64,000 nt of DNA, taken from IMG/VR virus record IMGVR_UViG_3300046008_000242, positions 121,363-185,362 of that record; one strand, given 5' to 3'. This DNA is from a virus. Taxonomy: Duplodnaviria > Heunggongvirae > Uroviricota > Caudoviricetes. The position numbers were made by a program, and so were the translations under genes. Positions within the stretch are counted from its first letter, which is position 1. The number at the start of each line of letters is the position of its first letter. Shown piece after piece: positions 51,928 to 61,933 of this stretch. A model generated the notes under the pieces. The model did no database searches. It saw only the letters and a program-made list of their open reading frames with translations, and was not told where the DNA came from.

Positions 51928-53304
51928 TTACTCCTTAAATTGAGCCAATAGTTTTTCTTTAATGTCTTTTACAGCACTTTCAAATTTCAATTCAATTTCT
52001 TCAAATGTGTCGGCAACATTCTTATCAAATCGTTCTTCCTCAAATCTTGGTAAGAATAATGAATAGAATGGATTACTCTTATTTGGTGATGTAATCATAT
52101 TTGCTTTAACAGAGATAATCTTACCAATTGATTCTTCTCTTGATTTATGGAATTTCAAACGTTGTGCGTCTTTCATCCCAGAGATATTCACTTTCAACAA
52201 TCCATCTTTCGATTGACAGATAATGGAACCAAATGTCTTCTCATTCTTACCCTTACCATCTTTGAATCCGATAATCTCAAGTTCAATTGAATCAACTTCC
52301 AATTTCAATTTGACTTGTCCTTTGCTGGTCTTATCTTCCCAAAATGAATCAGGATGTTTTACAACAGAACCTTCTAATCCAAGTTGTAGATTATGCTCAA
52401 AATGTTGAATCATCTCATCGATAGAATGAACCATTCTTGTTTCAATCAATTCGATACAACCATCTGTTGATTTAACTTGATTGGATAATGTATCGAAACG
52501 TTCTCTGTAAGGAATCTTGATTGAACATTTAGAGGATAATTGGTCTAATGGAATTTGATCCCATACAACAAAATAAGGTTCATCACCAAACTCGAATTCT
52601 CCACCTTTTGATACACTGTTAAGAATACCATTAGACAATTCTCTTGGTAAGATAATCCCATCTCGTTTGACCATCAACTCACCTTGCGTCTGAGTGTTGG
52701 TCTGTAAATGTAATCTGGTCTGATTGACGATGTTATTGAATTTATCTAATGGAAATTCATTACCGTTTCTAGATAACATCTTAACATCACCAATCGCATC
52801 ATGATTAAGGTTACAATATAATGAATCTGCTTTCAATTGTGAGAATACACCTTGTTTAAGATTCCATTTATCGAATTTGGTACCAGCCAAAGATGAACAA
52901 CGTTGATAAGGATATTCTGGAATCAAGTCTTTGAACACTTTATTAACAGTCGATGAATTTACACCACATTTTAAATCTTTCTGGATAATCAACTCGATAA
53001 TCTTTGCATCTTCTGTTGATAATTCTGAAAGAATGGCCTGAAGATGCTCAATTGCTAGATTACCAGTTAAATCTCTACTTGACAATTTGGATAATGAATC
53101 TAATCCTTGTTCTAATGGGATAAGGTCGATTGATTTAATGTATGATGGAATCTTACGTTGATAGAATTGGATTGTTGGGTCTAACGCAAGAACCAACACT
53201 CGTTGTAACAATTCATTGTCGATATGTGATGTTAAGATGTCGATCTTATCGTTTCTTGAATTGGTTGAACGTAATTGTTCGATTATACTTGTAACTGATG
53301 ACAT
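51928..53304 (-). CDS. gp30: ATP-dependent DNA ligase gp30
   Basis: 'SQLKADS' (KxD adenylation motif variant), 'SRNG', 'GELMV', 'EGSVVK', 'G..G..E..FGSIIC', 'SLFLPRF'. Confidence 0.9.
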   Translation of the reverse strand: MSSVTSIIEQLRSTNSRNDKIDILTSHIDNELLQRVLVLALDPTIQFYQRKIPSYIKSIDLIPLEQGLDSLSKLSSRDLTGNLAIEHLQAILSELSTEDAKIIELIIQKDLKCGVNSSTVNKVFKDLIPEYPYQRCSSLAGTKFDKWNLKQGVFSQLKADSLYCNLNHDAIGDVKMLSRNGNEFPLDKFNNIVNQTRLHLQTNTQTQGELMVKRDGIILPRELSNGILNSVSKGGEFEFGDEPYFVVWDQIPLDQLSSKCSIKIPYRERFDTLSNQVKSTDGCIELIETRMVHSIDEMIQHFEHNLQLGLEGSVVKHPDSFWEDKTSKGQVKLKLEVDSIELEIIGFKDGKGKNEKTFGSIICQSKDGLLKVNISGMKDAQRLKFHKSREESIGKIISVKANMITSPNKSNPFYSLFLPRFEEERFDKNVADTFEEIELKFESAVKDIKEKLLAQFKE

Positions 53305-53314
53305 GGTTTTATTC

Positions 53315-54061
53315 CTATAACAATTTGATGATTTTGTTTAATTTCTTTTCAATCTTCTGTAGTTTAACATCCATCTCATTACGTTCCTGTTTTAATCGTT
53401 CATTTTCTTGTTTCAATTTTTGAATTTCTTTATCATGGGAACCTTCGATCTTACCTAGATAACCAGATGTTCTTGATTTGACTACATACAAATCGTTATC
53501 TACGATTGAGATAACATTGTCGAAATATGCGTTAAATAATGAACCTTGATATGGAGCATCGCGTTTATTTGTGACGACGCATAACAAATTATTTGTTCTA
53601 ACCAATTCTATCAATTCCATGCAGATTTTCTTTTTATCTTCGTATCCATCTGAAGACTTTGGAGATAGAGATTTGACGATACGTTCGATGTTATCAATCA
53701 ATAATGTTGTACATTTTAGATCGATGTTATAATCTCTAACCATTTTCTTTAACAGATAATCTATCCCATCAACTGTAATTTCACGCAAATCGATTATAAT
53801 AACTTTGTTACCATCTTTTTCCAGGATCTCCGTAATTGGTTGATAAATCGAAGAGGATATATTACGAAATCCTTTATATTGTTCGACTGGACTAGAACCA
53901 GCAAGTGTAATATGAATGATGTGTTGATTTGGTATAGATGAACCAATTTCACATAATGTTTTTGTCTTACCAGAGCCTTCAACTCCGTATAATATTGTTA
54001 ATTCTCTAGTTTCTAACATTTTATTCTTGTCATTGATTCGTTCTACAATACTTTTTGTCAT
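53315..54061 (-). CDS. Degenerate RecA/DnaB-like P-loop protein with C-terminal coiled coil
   Basis: Walker A 'GVEGSGKT', Walker B 'LLIDNI', 'VVKSR'. Confidence 0.6.
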   Translation of the reverse strand: MTKSIVERINDKNKMLETRELTILYGVEGSGKTKTLCEIGSSIPNQHIIHITLAGSSPVEQYKGFRNISSSIYQPITEILEKDGNKVIIIDLREITVDGIDYLLKKMVRDYNIDLKCTTLLIDNIERIVKSLSPKSSDGYEDKKKICMELIELVRTNNLLCVVTNKRDAPYQGSLFNAYFDNVISIVDNDLYVVKSRTSGYLGKIEGSHDKEIQKLKQENERLKQERNEMDVKLQKIEKKLNKIIKLL

Positions 54062-54242
54062 GTTTATACTCTCTATGTTGAATGGAAAACTACAGGATCT
54101 ATTATAAATGTTAAAATTGAAAAAGAAAGATAAAGTTTATACATTGAAATGATAGTCTATAAAATGTATAATAAACGCCTAAGTGTGATTGAAGTATATT
54201 AAACGTAAATAATAGACCTAACTCAAAACGTCGACATAGTCT

Positions 54243-54271
54243 AGTATAATGGAGTTTTATCGATTTCGAAA
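54243..54271 (-). promoter_or_regulatory. Promoter B1, reading into 54061 and the ligase
   Basis: TTTCGA-N17-TATACT + conserved leader. Confidence 0.65.
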
Positions 54272-54679
54272 GGAGTTTAAGACTCTGTTAATATCATACT
54301 CGATACATTATACCATCTTAAGACTATTTCGATGTGTTAAATTTACAAGAGATATCCATATTTGCTCACTACTGCTCGTTAAAAATGTATGACATAGAGT
54401 TGATTGGACCGTATATTAAAGATTCCACTAGGATGGAATAACGTCCAAATAACAGATGGTTTAATGTTTATTCTTAGTAGATAATCTGTATCCAATAAAA
54501 ATCCAGATTGAGTTTCTTGACTCTTTCTGGATCGAAGGATTTTATATGGGAATATTCGTGTAAATGATAGTCTAAGTTATGTTTAAATGTTGTATAATAA
54601 AGTCGAGGAATACACTAGAACATAATAAAGTAATATTAATGTCACCTAAAGAACATAACTCAAAGGATCGACATAGTCT

Positions 54680-54708
54680 ATCATACTACTCTTTCTACCA
54701 TTTCGAAA
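54680..54708 (-). promoter_or_regulatory. Promoter B2 (terminator at 54494-54532)
   Basis: TTTCGA-N17-TATGAT. Confidence 0.65.
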
Positions 54709-55153
54709 GGACTCCGAGACGATGTATATTACAGTTTCGACGTTTATTTGTATCCTTTCGATGATTAAGATATCGAAAGAAACGTCTTACGATGTTTCGA
54801 TATGTTGAATAAACAAGGAACATCTATATTTGGAGTTTAAACAACGATAAAAATGTATGACATAGAGTTGATTGCTCCGTATATTAAAGATTCCATTAAG
54901 ATGGATTATTGGGCAAATAACAGATGTTTGAGGAATGTTCTACATCAGAATAATGTAAATTGACTCCAATAAAAATCCCGAAGGAACTTTTGGTTCTCAA
55001 CGGGATCTAAATGGAGTCGAAAGATTTTATATGGAATATTCATGTATAATAAACGTCTTGATATGGTTTAGTTAATGAATAATAAGAGTCTAAGTTATGA
55101 TATAGTAATATTAAATGGCATTTAGAACATAACTCAAAGGATCGACATAGTCT

Positions 55154-55182
55154 ATCATAGTGGAGTTTTATCGAAAAGGCAA
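55154..55182 (-). promoter_or_regulatory. Promoter B3 (terminator at 54968-55006)
   Basis: TTGCCT-N17-TATGAT. Confidence 0.75.
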
Positions 55183-55666
55183 GAGTTTTATAGACGTTGT
55201 ATAATTCATGCTCGATGATTAAGATATTCCTTTCGATGTCTGAGATTACTCTTTCGATGATTAACGTATCGAAAGAGTACATGAAGACTGTTTCGATATG
55301 TTATATTTACAGTAGACATCTATATTTGGATTATATGCAACGTTTATTCTACATGATGTAGAGTTGATTGGATGATATACAGAACGTTCCATTAGGATGG
55401 ATTAACGCCCAAATAATGGATGTTATAACAGTTACCATTGAATGTATATTGTTAAATTATACTCAATAAAAATCCCACTCAGAAACTAATCTGGTGGGAT
55501 GCTTATGTCGAAATGAGGTTCGAAGGTTTTTATATGGGAATAATGTTGTAAATGATAATCTTAATATGATTAGTTAATGAATAATAAACGTCTAAGTTAC
55601 ACTAGAAAACAATATAGTAATATTAATGCCACCTAAAGAACATAACTCAAAGGATCGACATAGTCT

Positions 55667-55695
55667 ATCATAGTGGATATTCTACCATTTCGAAA
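55667..55695 (-). promoter_or_regulatory. Promoter B4 (terminator at 55465-55500)
   Basis: TTTCGA-N17-TATGAT. Confidence 0.65.
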
Positions 55696-55761
55696 GGAGT
55701 ATCGGATGTTGATGTTTACACATTCGATGTTATAGATTACCGATAAGACTCTTTCGATGTA

Positions 55762-56133
55762 TCAAATTATTGTTTCGATCGAAGTAATCTTAACATTATT
55801 TGATTTACGTCTATCCAACATATATTCATTATGGTTTAATCTAACAAAATGTTCCATGCCAGATTCAATGTTAAATTTACAGATAATCTCATACCTTCCG
55901 TCAACCAATTTAGAATTGTTAAATTTTCCATCCTTTACTCGTTTTTGGATGAAGTCAATGTTTGGGCTGAACCATTTAAATCTATTGGTGAAATCCAATC
56001 TATTGTTTGAATTATCATATTCCAATTTACACATAGCTCTATACAATATCATAGTACACCATTTATTTGTTGAATATGGAACGTTTATTTTACATGACAT
56101 AGAGTTGATTGCTCCATAATCATAACGTTCCAC
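55762..56133 (-). CDS. Hypothetical ORF embedded in cassette B4; its 5' end overlaps the repeat element
   Basis: 123-aa ORF; the first ~25 codons are repeat sequence, so the true start may be internal. Confidence 0.4.
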   Translation of the reverse strand: MERYDYGAINSMSCKINVPYSTNKWCTMILYRAMCKLEYDNSNNRLDFTNRFKWFSPNIDFIQKRVKDGKFNNSKLVDGRYEIICKFNIESGMEHFVRLNHNEYMLDRRKSNNVKITSIETII

Positions 56134-56230
56134 TAGAGTCCATTAACGTCCAATTAACAGATGATTTAAGAAACCTTTACGCAATAAAAATCCTCAATCA
56201 ACTTGTCAGTCAATTGAGGATCTTAAATTG

Positions 56231-56923
56231 TTATTTGTATTGTTCAATCATTTCCAAAAGATTAGCATAAGATTGACCACAATATGTTTGGAACATCAAT
56301 CTATGTTCAGTTTTGTAATCTTCAGATGTTAATAAAGCAACACCCATTTCAGCGACTTCCTTAGGAACAATCAACACTTCACCGTCTTCGAACACTGTTT
56401 TAATGGTTGAATCGGAATCTAATGATTTATACAACTGACATAAAATGTTATCGAATTTGATATGTAAATCTTCATCGTCTTCAATAATAGTTTCTTCTTC
56501 GATGATTTCATCTTCATCGAAAGAACCATTATTAACGTTATCTGCCAAATCTTTTAAGATTTCCAATCCTTTTTTGAAATCAGCTTCTTTATTAGATACA
56601 ACAACATTAGAAGAAACAGTTTTGAAATTAGTTGGTTTCTTAACATCAGAACGTAATCTAGAACCATTAATAATGTCAGTCAAATCAACAACAATTTCTG
56701 GTAATTTATAAGAACCAGTGTCTGCTCTGTTATCTTTGAACCATTGATTTGCGCATTTAGGTGATGACGTTCTTCCCAACAAATAATTGGTTTCCAACAC
56801 GATTGGTTTAGTGATGAATTGAGTTTCTTTATCAGAATTGTCCCAAACATAACGCAAGATTGATGTATATAATTCAACTGTGTTTTTTCTTTCTACTTTA
56901 ATTTCGTTTGACATGATAACCAC
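56231..56923 (-). CDS. Hypothetical protein
   Basis: 230 aa; TTTCGA-family promoter 56980-57007; terminator 56183-56221. Confidence 0.65.
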   Translation of the reverse strand: MVIMSNEIKVERKNTVELYTSILRYVWDNSDKETQFITKPIVLETNYLLGRTSSPKCANQWFKDNRADTGSYKLPEIVVDLTDIINGSRLRSDVKKPTNFKTVSSNVVVSNKEADFKKGLEILKDLADNVNNGSFDEDEIIEEETIIEDDEDLHIKFDNILCQLYKSLDSDSTIKTVFEDGEVLIVPKEVAEMGVALLTSEDYKTEHRLMFQTYCGQSYANLLEMIEQYK

Positions 56924-57014
56924 CCTTATATAATAAATTGTTTGATTTAAGTTCGTTGGATTCTTCCAACTTGAAATCTATTATAAAGGTTATCTTCATC
57001 ATCGAAAGAAATTT

Positions 57015-58028
57015 CTAAAGAAAAAATTCGTTAATTCCAAAATTATTTTTATCTTCAGGAAACATCATCTCCAATTTTGTTAAAGAACCATAGGTTATGA
57101 ATTCTTCAAATCTAGATTTATCGATGGTATCTGTTATAACATTTTTATGCAGACATTCGGTTCTGGCTTGATATAAAACATCCCAATCAATACCATGCCA
57201 TTCACATTTCCTTGTATTTTCAATATCGATAGCCTGTCTTGCTATATAATAACCGAGATATCGTCCATCCCTAACTCTAAACAACTTTTTATATGCACAA
57301 AGAAACGTTTCCATTGTAAAAAAGTTCAACTCAGATTTCAATTCAGGAAATCTTAATCTCATCTCCTGTAATATCTCCTTCGCCTTCAATTCTAATGTAA
57401 GATATTCTTCAGATGTAAATCTATCATCTAATCTATCGTCCATTCCCAATGCCAACAATAATCCCTTACGATGAGACTCTGACGGATCGTGTTCATTTAA
57501 CATTAATGATGACGGTACATTTGGAATTCCCGCAGTATGATTCAGATGTTGAAGATAGAAGTAAGCAAAGTATCTACCAAATCTATTGTAATTCTTCCTG
57601 ACAAATTCCGATAAATTATCAAATGTCTGTTCCTCATTATCGCCATAATACTTACATAATGTACCCTTCTGAGAATTTCCCATTGCCTTCTTATAGGAAT
57701 CAAACATCATTGCCAATGAACCATTATTGAATTTGGCGTCAGTCTGGTAACGTAATCGTTTCTTGTTTTCGATTGCCCATCCTGAGATCTTATCCAATGT
57801 CACCAATTCATAATCAGGAAATTCATTAAACATCACCCAAGATGTTGGCAACTGATATGTATTACCATACAACCAACACAACCATAACTTCTGTTCCTCG
57901 TTATGTTCGTATCTATCGTGTAAATAATTGGTCATCCAGACAGCAGGGTCGACGTCTCCATGTTTTAATGACCATGCATAAAACTTGATGAATCCCTCTA
58001 GTCGATTCTCCTTCAATCTATAATCCAT
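57015..58028 (-). CDS. Amino acid:DNA transferase-like protein (aGPT-PPlase2/ADDT family)
   Basis: 'MDYRLKENR.E.F...Y.WSL...D.DPAVWMTNYL.DRYEHN.EQKLWLCWLYGNTY', 'FGRYFAYFYLQHL', 'MET.LC.YKKLFR...RYLGYY'. Confidence 0.7.
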   Translation of the reverse strand: MDYRLKENRLEGFIKFYAWSLKHGDVDPAVWMTNYLHDRYEHNEEQKLWLCWLYGNTYQLPTSWVMFNEFPDYELVTLDKISGWAIENKKRLRYQTDAKFNNGSLAMMFDSYKKAMGNSQKGTLCKYYGDNEEQTFDNLSEFVRKNYNRFGRYFAYFYLQHLNHTAGIPNVPSSLMLNEHDPSESHRKGLLLALGMDDRLDDRFTSEEYLTLELKAKEILQEMRLRFPELKSELNFFTMETFLCAYKKLFRVRDGRYLGYYIARQAIDIENTRKCEWHGIDWDVLYQARTECLHKNVITDTIDKSRFEEFITYGSLTKLEMMFPEDKNNFGINEFFL

Positions 58029-58707
58029 TCTGTAGATCCTTATCAATAATATCGGTATCAACTGTGTTCAATGTAAATCCATCTATATGGTAATATACAT
58101 TATGTCTAATTGATTCAGATTTCAATCCAACTCGATTAAATATATTACCAGTGGAACCAATTATAAATCCTCTATCTACTCCCATCTCCAATAAATGCAA
58201 TGGTCGTTTACCATTACGATAGAATACCATACTCTTATCTTTATGTAATTCGATAACAGCCATTGAACTATCTCGCCATTCATGTAATGGTGATAGATTA
58301 CTTTGTATGGTCTTTAAAATCAATTCTGAATCATTTTCTGTTGAACATTTATATCCATATAATGATTCCCAATTCTCGTACAATTCCTGCGTAACAACTC
58401 CATTATGTACAATACAGATATCATCTGACACAATAGGTTGGTTAAACGTTAAACATGACGTGGAGTATCTACAATGGACAATCATAGTCAACGTATTATC
58501 TGTATCAACAAAATCTGACACTTTATACATCTCAAGGAACTTTGTTGCGTTTAATGATTCTTTACTTGTATAAATGGTTCCATCTCTAACATAGGATACT
58601 CCTGTTGCATGCATTCCTCTTATCTGAGTTTGTAATATCAATTCCTTGATTATAACTAAATCTAATTTGGTTACGTCTTTAATCTTAACACCCAATACAC
58701 CACACAT
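58018..58707 (-). CDS. Class II (Ntn) glutamine amidotransferase domain protein
   Basis: N-terminal 'MCGVLG', 'RG.HATG', 'HCRYST', 'NQP', 'HNG.V', 'TENDSE'. Confidence 0.85.
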   Translation of the reverse strand: MCGVLGVKIKDVTKLDLVIIKELILQTQIRGMHATGVSYVRDGTIYTSKESLNATKFLEMYKVSDFVDTDNTLTMIVHCRYSTSCLTFNQPIVSDDICIVHNGVVTQELYENWESLYGYKCSTENDSELILKTIQSNLSPLHEWRDSSMAVIELHKDKSMVFYRNGKRPLHLLEMGVDRGFIIGSTGNIFNRVGLKSESIRHNVYYHIDGFTLNTVDTDIIDKDLQNGL

Positions 58708-58763
58708 ATTCTATCTCCAGTAAAACGAAAAATGGAGAAGCGATGAGGCTTCTCCAATCTTAT

Positions 58764-60173
58764 TTAAAAGAATTCTTCCAAACCTGTCGACTCAAAATAC
58801 TCAATCAACCATGGGTGATGTTTATCCAACCATTCTCTACCCTTATCGTGTTTCAATAAGAATTCGTACCATTCTCTGGCGTTCTCATAATTACCATCTT
58901 TTGTTTTAGAATCACCCCACATACTCGGGGTTGTTCCGTTCCAAAGTGGTCGCCACAATGGATGAGATTCATCTTTACGTCTAACATCTAGGAATAATTT
59001 TCTGTAATCTTCGTATTCCTTTGAACCGCCATTAAACATGTCATCTCTAAAATAGAAGATTACACTAATACGTTCTGCGTCTGGTGAATGTTTAATGAAA
59101 TCAGTGTTTCCATGGATGATTTCATGATTATTAGCAAAAATGGTATCGCCTGGTCTAAGATTAACAGCTACTCTATATTCAGGAAATACTAGATATGCTC
59201 CATCATAATTGTGATTCTTAGAAATCACTGAGATATTACTTAATCCATCAGACAAGTCGCCAAAATCTCGATGTCCATAGGTTTTCCATGTGTTATTTAC
59301 AGTGATTGTGGTGAATACGGTATCAGGAATAACGTATGCTGGATCTATCTTATCACAAGCAGCTTTCTGATTACTCCATCTCCAAGGCATATTCTCTTTG
59401 AAACCTCGATTCAATGCCTGAGCAAATGGATAACACAATTTGTATTTTTCAAAATTATGTTCAGTGTATGCTGTATGACGTAAGAATGGAATTCTAGGAT
59501 ATCTACCATAACCTGGTCCAGCAATACCACTATAAGCTGGAACTGCATACACTGTACCAGAAATCCAATTCTTCATAACATCCAATGCCTTGGTTTGAGC
59601 TTCTTCTTTTGGTAAAGATTCCAATTCTTCAACTAATTTATCGAAGGAGAAATCTTCTGGAATTTTATTGGTCAACCAGACGCTTGCCCTCATTTCTGGT
59701 GGATACTCTTTTGTTTTCAATTCTTGTAATGTATCAAATCCATCTAATGTTGTAATTGGATTGATGAAATACTCTAAAATATCATGTTGTCTTTGCGTGA
59801 ATCTTTGGCGGCGTTCTTGTAAGTCATTATCAATATTATCTTCAACAGAACCAGCAGCAGTTCCTCTATTATTTGAAATAGTGGCGGCATCTTTCAATCC
59901 AGCATATCCTGCTTCTTGTTCCTCTAATGTAAAGAAACCCTTCCGATATTTGAATGCAATTCGACGTTCATCCATACCCATATGACATTCTTCGCATTTT
60001 GATGTACAATCAGCTTGCGTCGATAAATCACAAACTGGTGGAATATACACATCACAATCTTCATCAATGTCACCACCTTCTCCGATTAGAATATCATAAT
60101 GTGAACTATTGAGAGATTTACCCAATAGATGTTCACAATCGTGTTTTTCTTTTGCTACAATAATTCTTGCCAT
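58764..60173 (-). CDS. TET/JBP-family 2OG-Fe(II) dioxygenase, copy 1
   Basis: 'VFTTITVN..W.T..HRD.GD', 'G.YL.FPEYRVAVNLRPGD', 'HEIIHGNT', 'RISVIFYFR'. Confidence 0.75.
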   Translation of the reverse strand: MARIIVAKEKHDCEHLLGKSLNSSHYDILIGEGGDIDEDCDVYIPPVCDLSTQADCTSKCEECHMGMDERRIAFKYRKGFFTLEEQEAGYAGLKDAATISNNRGTAAGSVEDNIDNDLQERRQRFTQRQHDILEYFINPITTLDGFDTLQELKTKEYPPEMRASVWLTNKIPEDFSFDKLVEELESLPKEEAQTKALDVMKNWISGTVYAVPAYSGIAGPGYGRYPRIPFLRHTAYTEHNFEKYKLCYPFAQALNRGFKENMPWRWSNQKAACDKIDPAYVIPDTVFTTITVNNTWKTYGHRDFGDLSDGLSNISVISKNHNYDGAYLVFPEYRVAVNLRPGDTIFANNHEIIHGNTDFIKHSPDAERISVIFYFRDDMFNGGSKEYEDYRKLFLDVRRKDESHPLWRPLWNGTTPSMWGDSKTKDGNYENAREWYEFLLKHDKGREWLDKHHPWLIEYFESTGLEEFF

Positions 60174-60301
60174 ATTCTATTTTCCTAATTTTAAAAATAC
60201 ATTATACTCTTTAATGAATTAAAAAGAAATCTTCTTTCGTACATTATATATAATACGAAAATCTAATGGAGAACAGAATTAACTGTTCTCCATTTCTTAT
60301 A

Positions 60302-60874
60302 TTACCAGCTAATTGTCCATGTAAATTTGTTCATTATAGGTTTCTGTCTACGAACATCAATAAAGAAACCATTCTGAGTAAATTCCATTTTAAGTTTTTC
60401 CGTCCGTCTTACAAATTCTGTATCATGGACATCATACATCAAAAATGTATATTGAGCAACATTTACCTTATCAGATTTACTTGATTCAATCTTTTCGATA
60501 ATTTCAGCTCTGATTACATCAATCATTTCCTTGACAATAACACTTGCCGATGGTATATCATTATTTGAAACTCGTTTGGTGTATTCGCTTCTATCTAACA
60601 TAAGAAGAATTGTAGAATGTAATAATCCTTCAGAACCATCAAAATCAAAGAAGAAATGTGTATTTGGGATACATTTATATCCACCTAGTTTTAAAAACTC
60701 ATTCAAATTAAAAACCACAAGATTTGCACCAAATTGTGTTAAATTTCTAAAATGATTATAGATGTGGTCTCTATCGTAAGCATTCATTTTATCAACAACA
60801 AGACAAACTGGTATTCCATGTATCAATTTATCAACAATCTGGTTGTATAACTTCAATTCATTAATTGGATTCAT
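60302..60874 (-). CDS. Hypothetical protein
   Basis: 190 aa, followed by a hairpin identical to the gp32 terminator. Confidence 0.6.
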   Translation of the reverse strand: MNPINELKLYNQIVDKLIHGIPVCLVVDKMNAYDRDHIYNHFRNLTQFGANLVVFNLNEFLKLGGYKCIPNTHFFFDFDGSEGLLHSTILLMLDRSEYTKRVSNNDIPSASVIVKEMIDVIRAEIIEKIESSKSDKVNVAQYTFLMYDVHDTEFVRRTEKLKMEFTQNGFFIDVRRQKPIMNKFTWTISW

Positions 60875-60882
60875 ATATCAAC

Positions 60883-61859
60883 CTATACGTATAATTTATT
60901 TTCGAGTAATGTTTCTTTCCAATCAATAACTCCAGAAAGAATATCTTGTTGTAATTTTTGGTCTAATTTAATCGACTGAGTTTTAAATTGTCCAGTTGAT
61001 TTTTCATCCCACATTTCGTCATGGGTCGATTCAATTCTAGGTTTTCCCACATAGAACATACCCTCTGGGATACAATTAATTCCATCTAGATCGATAGCAA
61101 AATAATTAAATTCACTTCCAACATATTTCCATACGTCTCCTGCTACAAAGTCTTTATATGTTAAAATTAAACTATCATCTCTTTCTTTAATTGCTGTTGA
61201 TGCATCAAATCCTTCTGGTAATTCAACGTCATGAATGTAACAATACTCTCCATCCTCTTCTCCAGAAATCCAAACCCCATTTCCGATATGTTGGTTTAAT
61301 ATCCCATTCTGCTACACTTCCGTCTGAATCAATAGTGACATACACACTATCAATGTTTTTAAATTCATATTCTTTCAACATATCACATTTTTTGTATTCC
61401 TGTCTATATAGAATCATATTAGAACAATCTGATAATGTTACGTCAAAATCAATTAGTGTTTCAATATATCTAAATCTTTCATCACTAGACCATACTCCAT
61501 TATCATATTTTGGTTCTTCTTCAAATTCATAAATCTCGCCATCTATATCGATAGCAACACAAGTGGCCCAATCCAGTTTAAATTCGTAACCTTTCAATGG
61601 GTTACGACAAACTGATGGTTCTTTTACTTCCGATTCATTATAATTTTTAATGAAATCAACAATCTGATTATCCCAGTAACCCGTTATCATTAAGACAATT
61701 CCACATATCCTCGAATATTGAATTATCTTCAATACGTTTCAATTCTTCCTTAATCAGACTGATAGGAACTTCCACTTGTTGACTTGATTCATCGTCTGAG
61801 ATATTAACAGAATCTTTATATTTCAATTTGGTAATTTTAATCATTTTGGTTTGCTCCAA
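60883..61859 (-). CDS. Probable single hypothetical protein with repeated 'AID.DG...EEEP...W' domains, broken by frameshifts near 61672 and 61278
   Basis: Removing single homopolymer bases joins 61668-61859, 61229-61732 and an uncalled downstream frame. Confidence 0.45.
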
Positions 61860-61933
61860 TTAAATTGTAAGAATGTATATTATACTCTAAATAGAAAATG
61901 GAGATAGAACTTAATCTATCTACATTTCATATG

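Larger units (their letters stand above)
54130..56200 (-). repeat. Array B: four mosaic cassettes, inverted relative to array A
   Basis: TAACTCAAA..TCGACATAGTCTA at ~54220, 54657, 55131, 55644; AGAGTTGATTG at ~54396, 54864, 55360, 56101. Confidence 0.9.

Noticed and set aside
54579-55282. ORFs 54579-54764 (+) and 55040-55282 (-)
   Set aside because: They run through promoter and repeat modules, lack an RBS and look like chance frames.
54130-56200. Integron attC cassettes or IS/MITE transposon
   Set aside because: No RYYYAAC/GTTRRRY boxes, no integrase or transposase in the window, and no clear target-site duplications.
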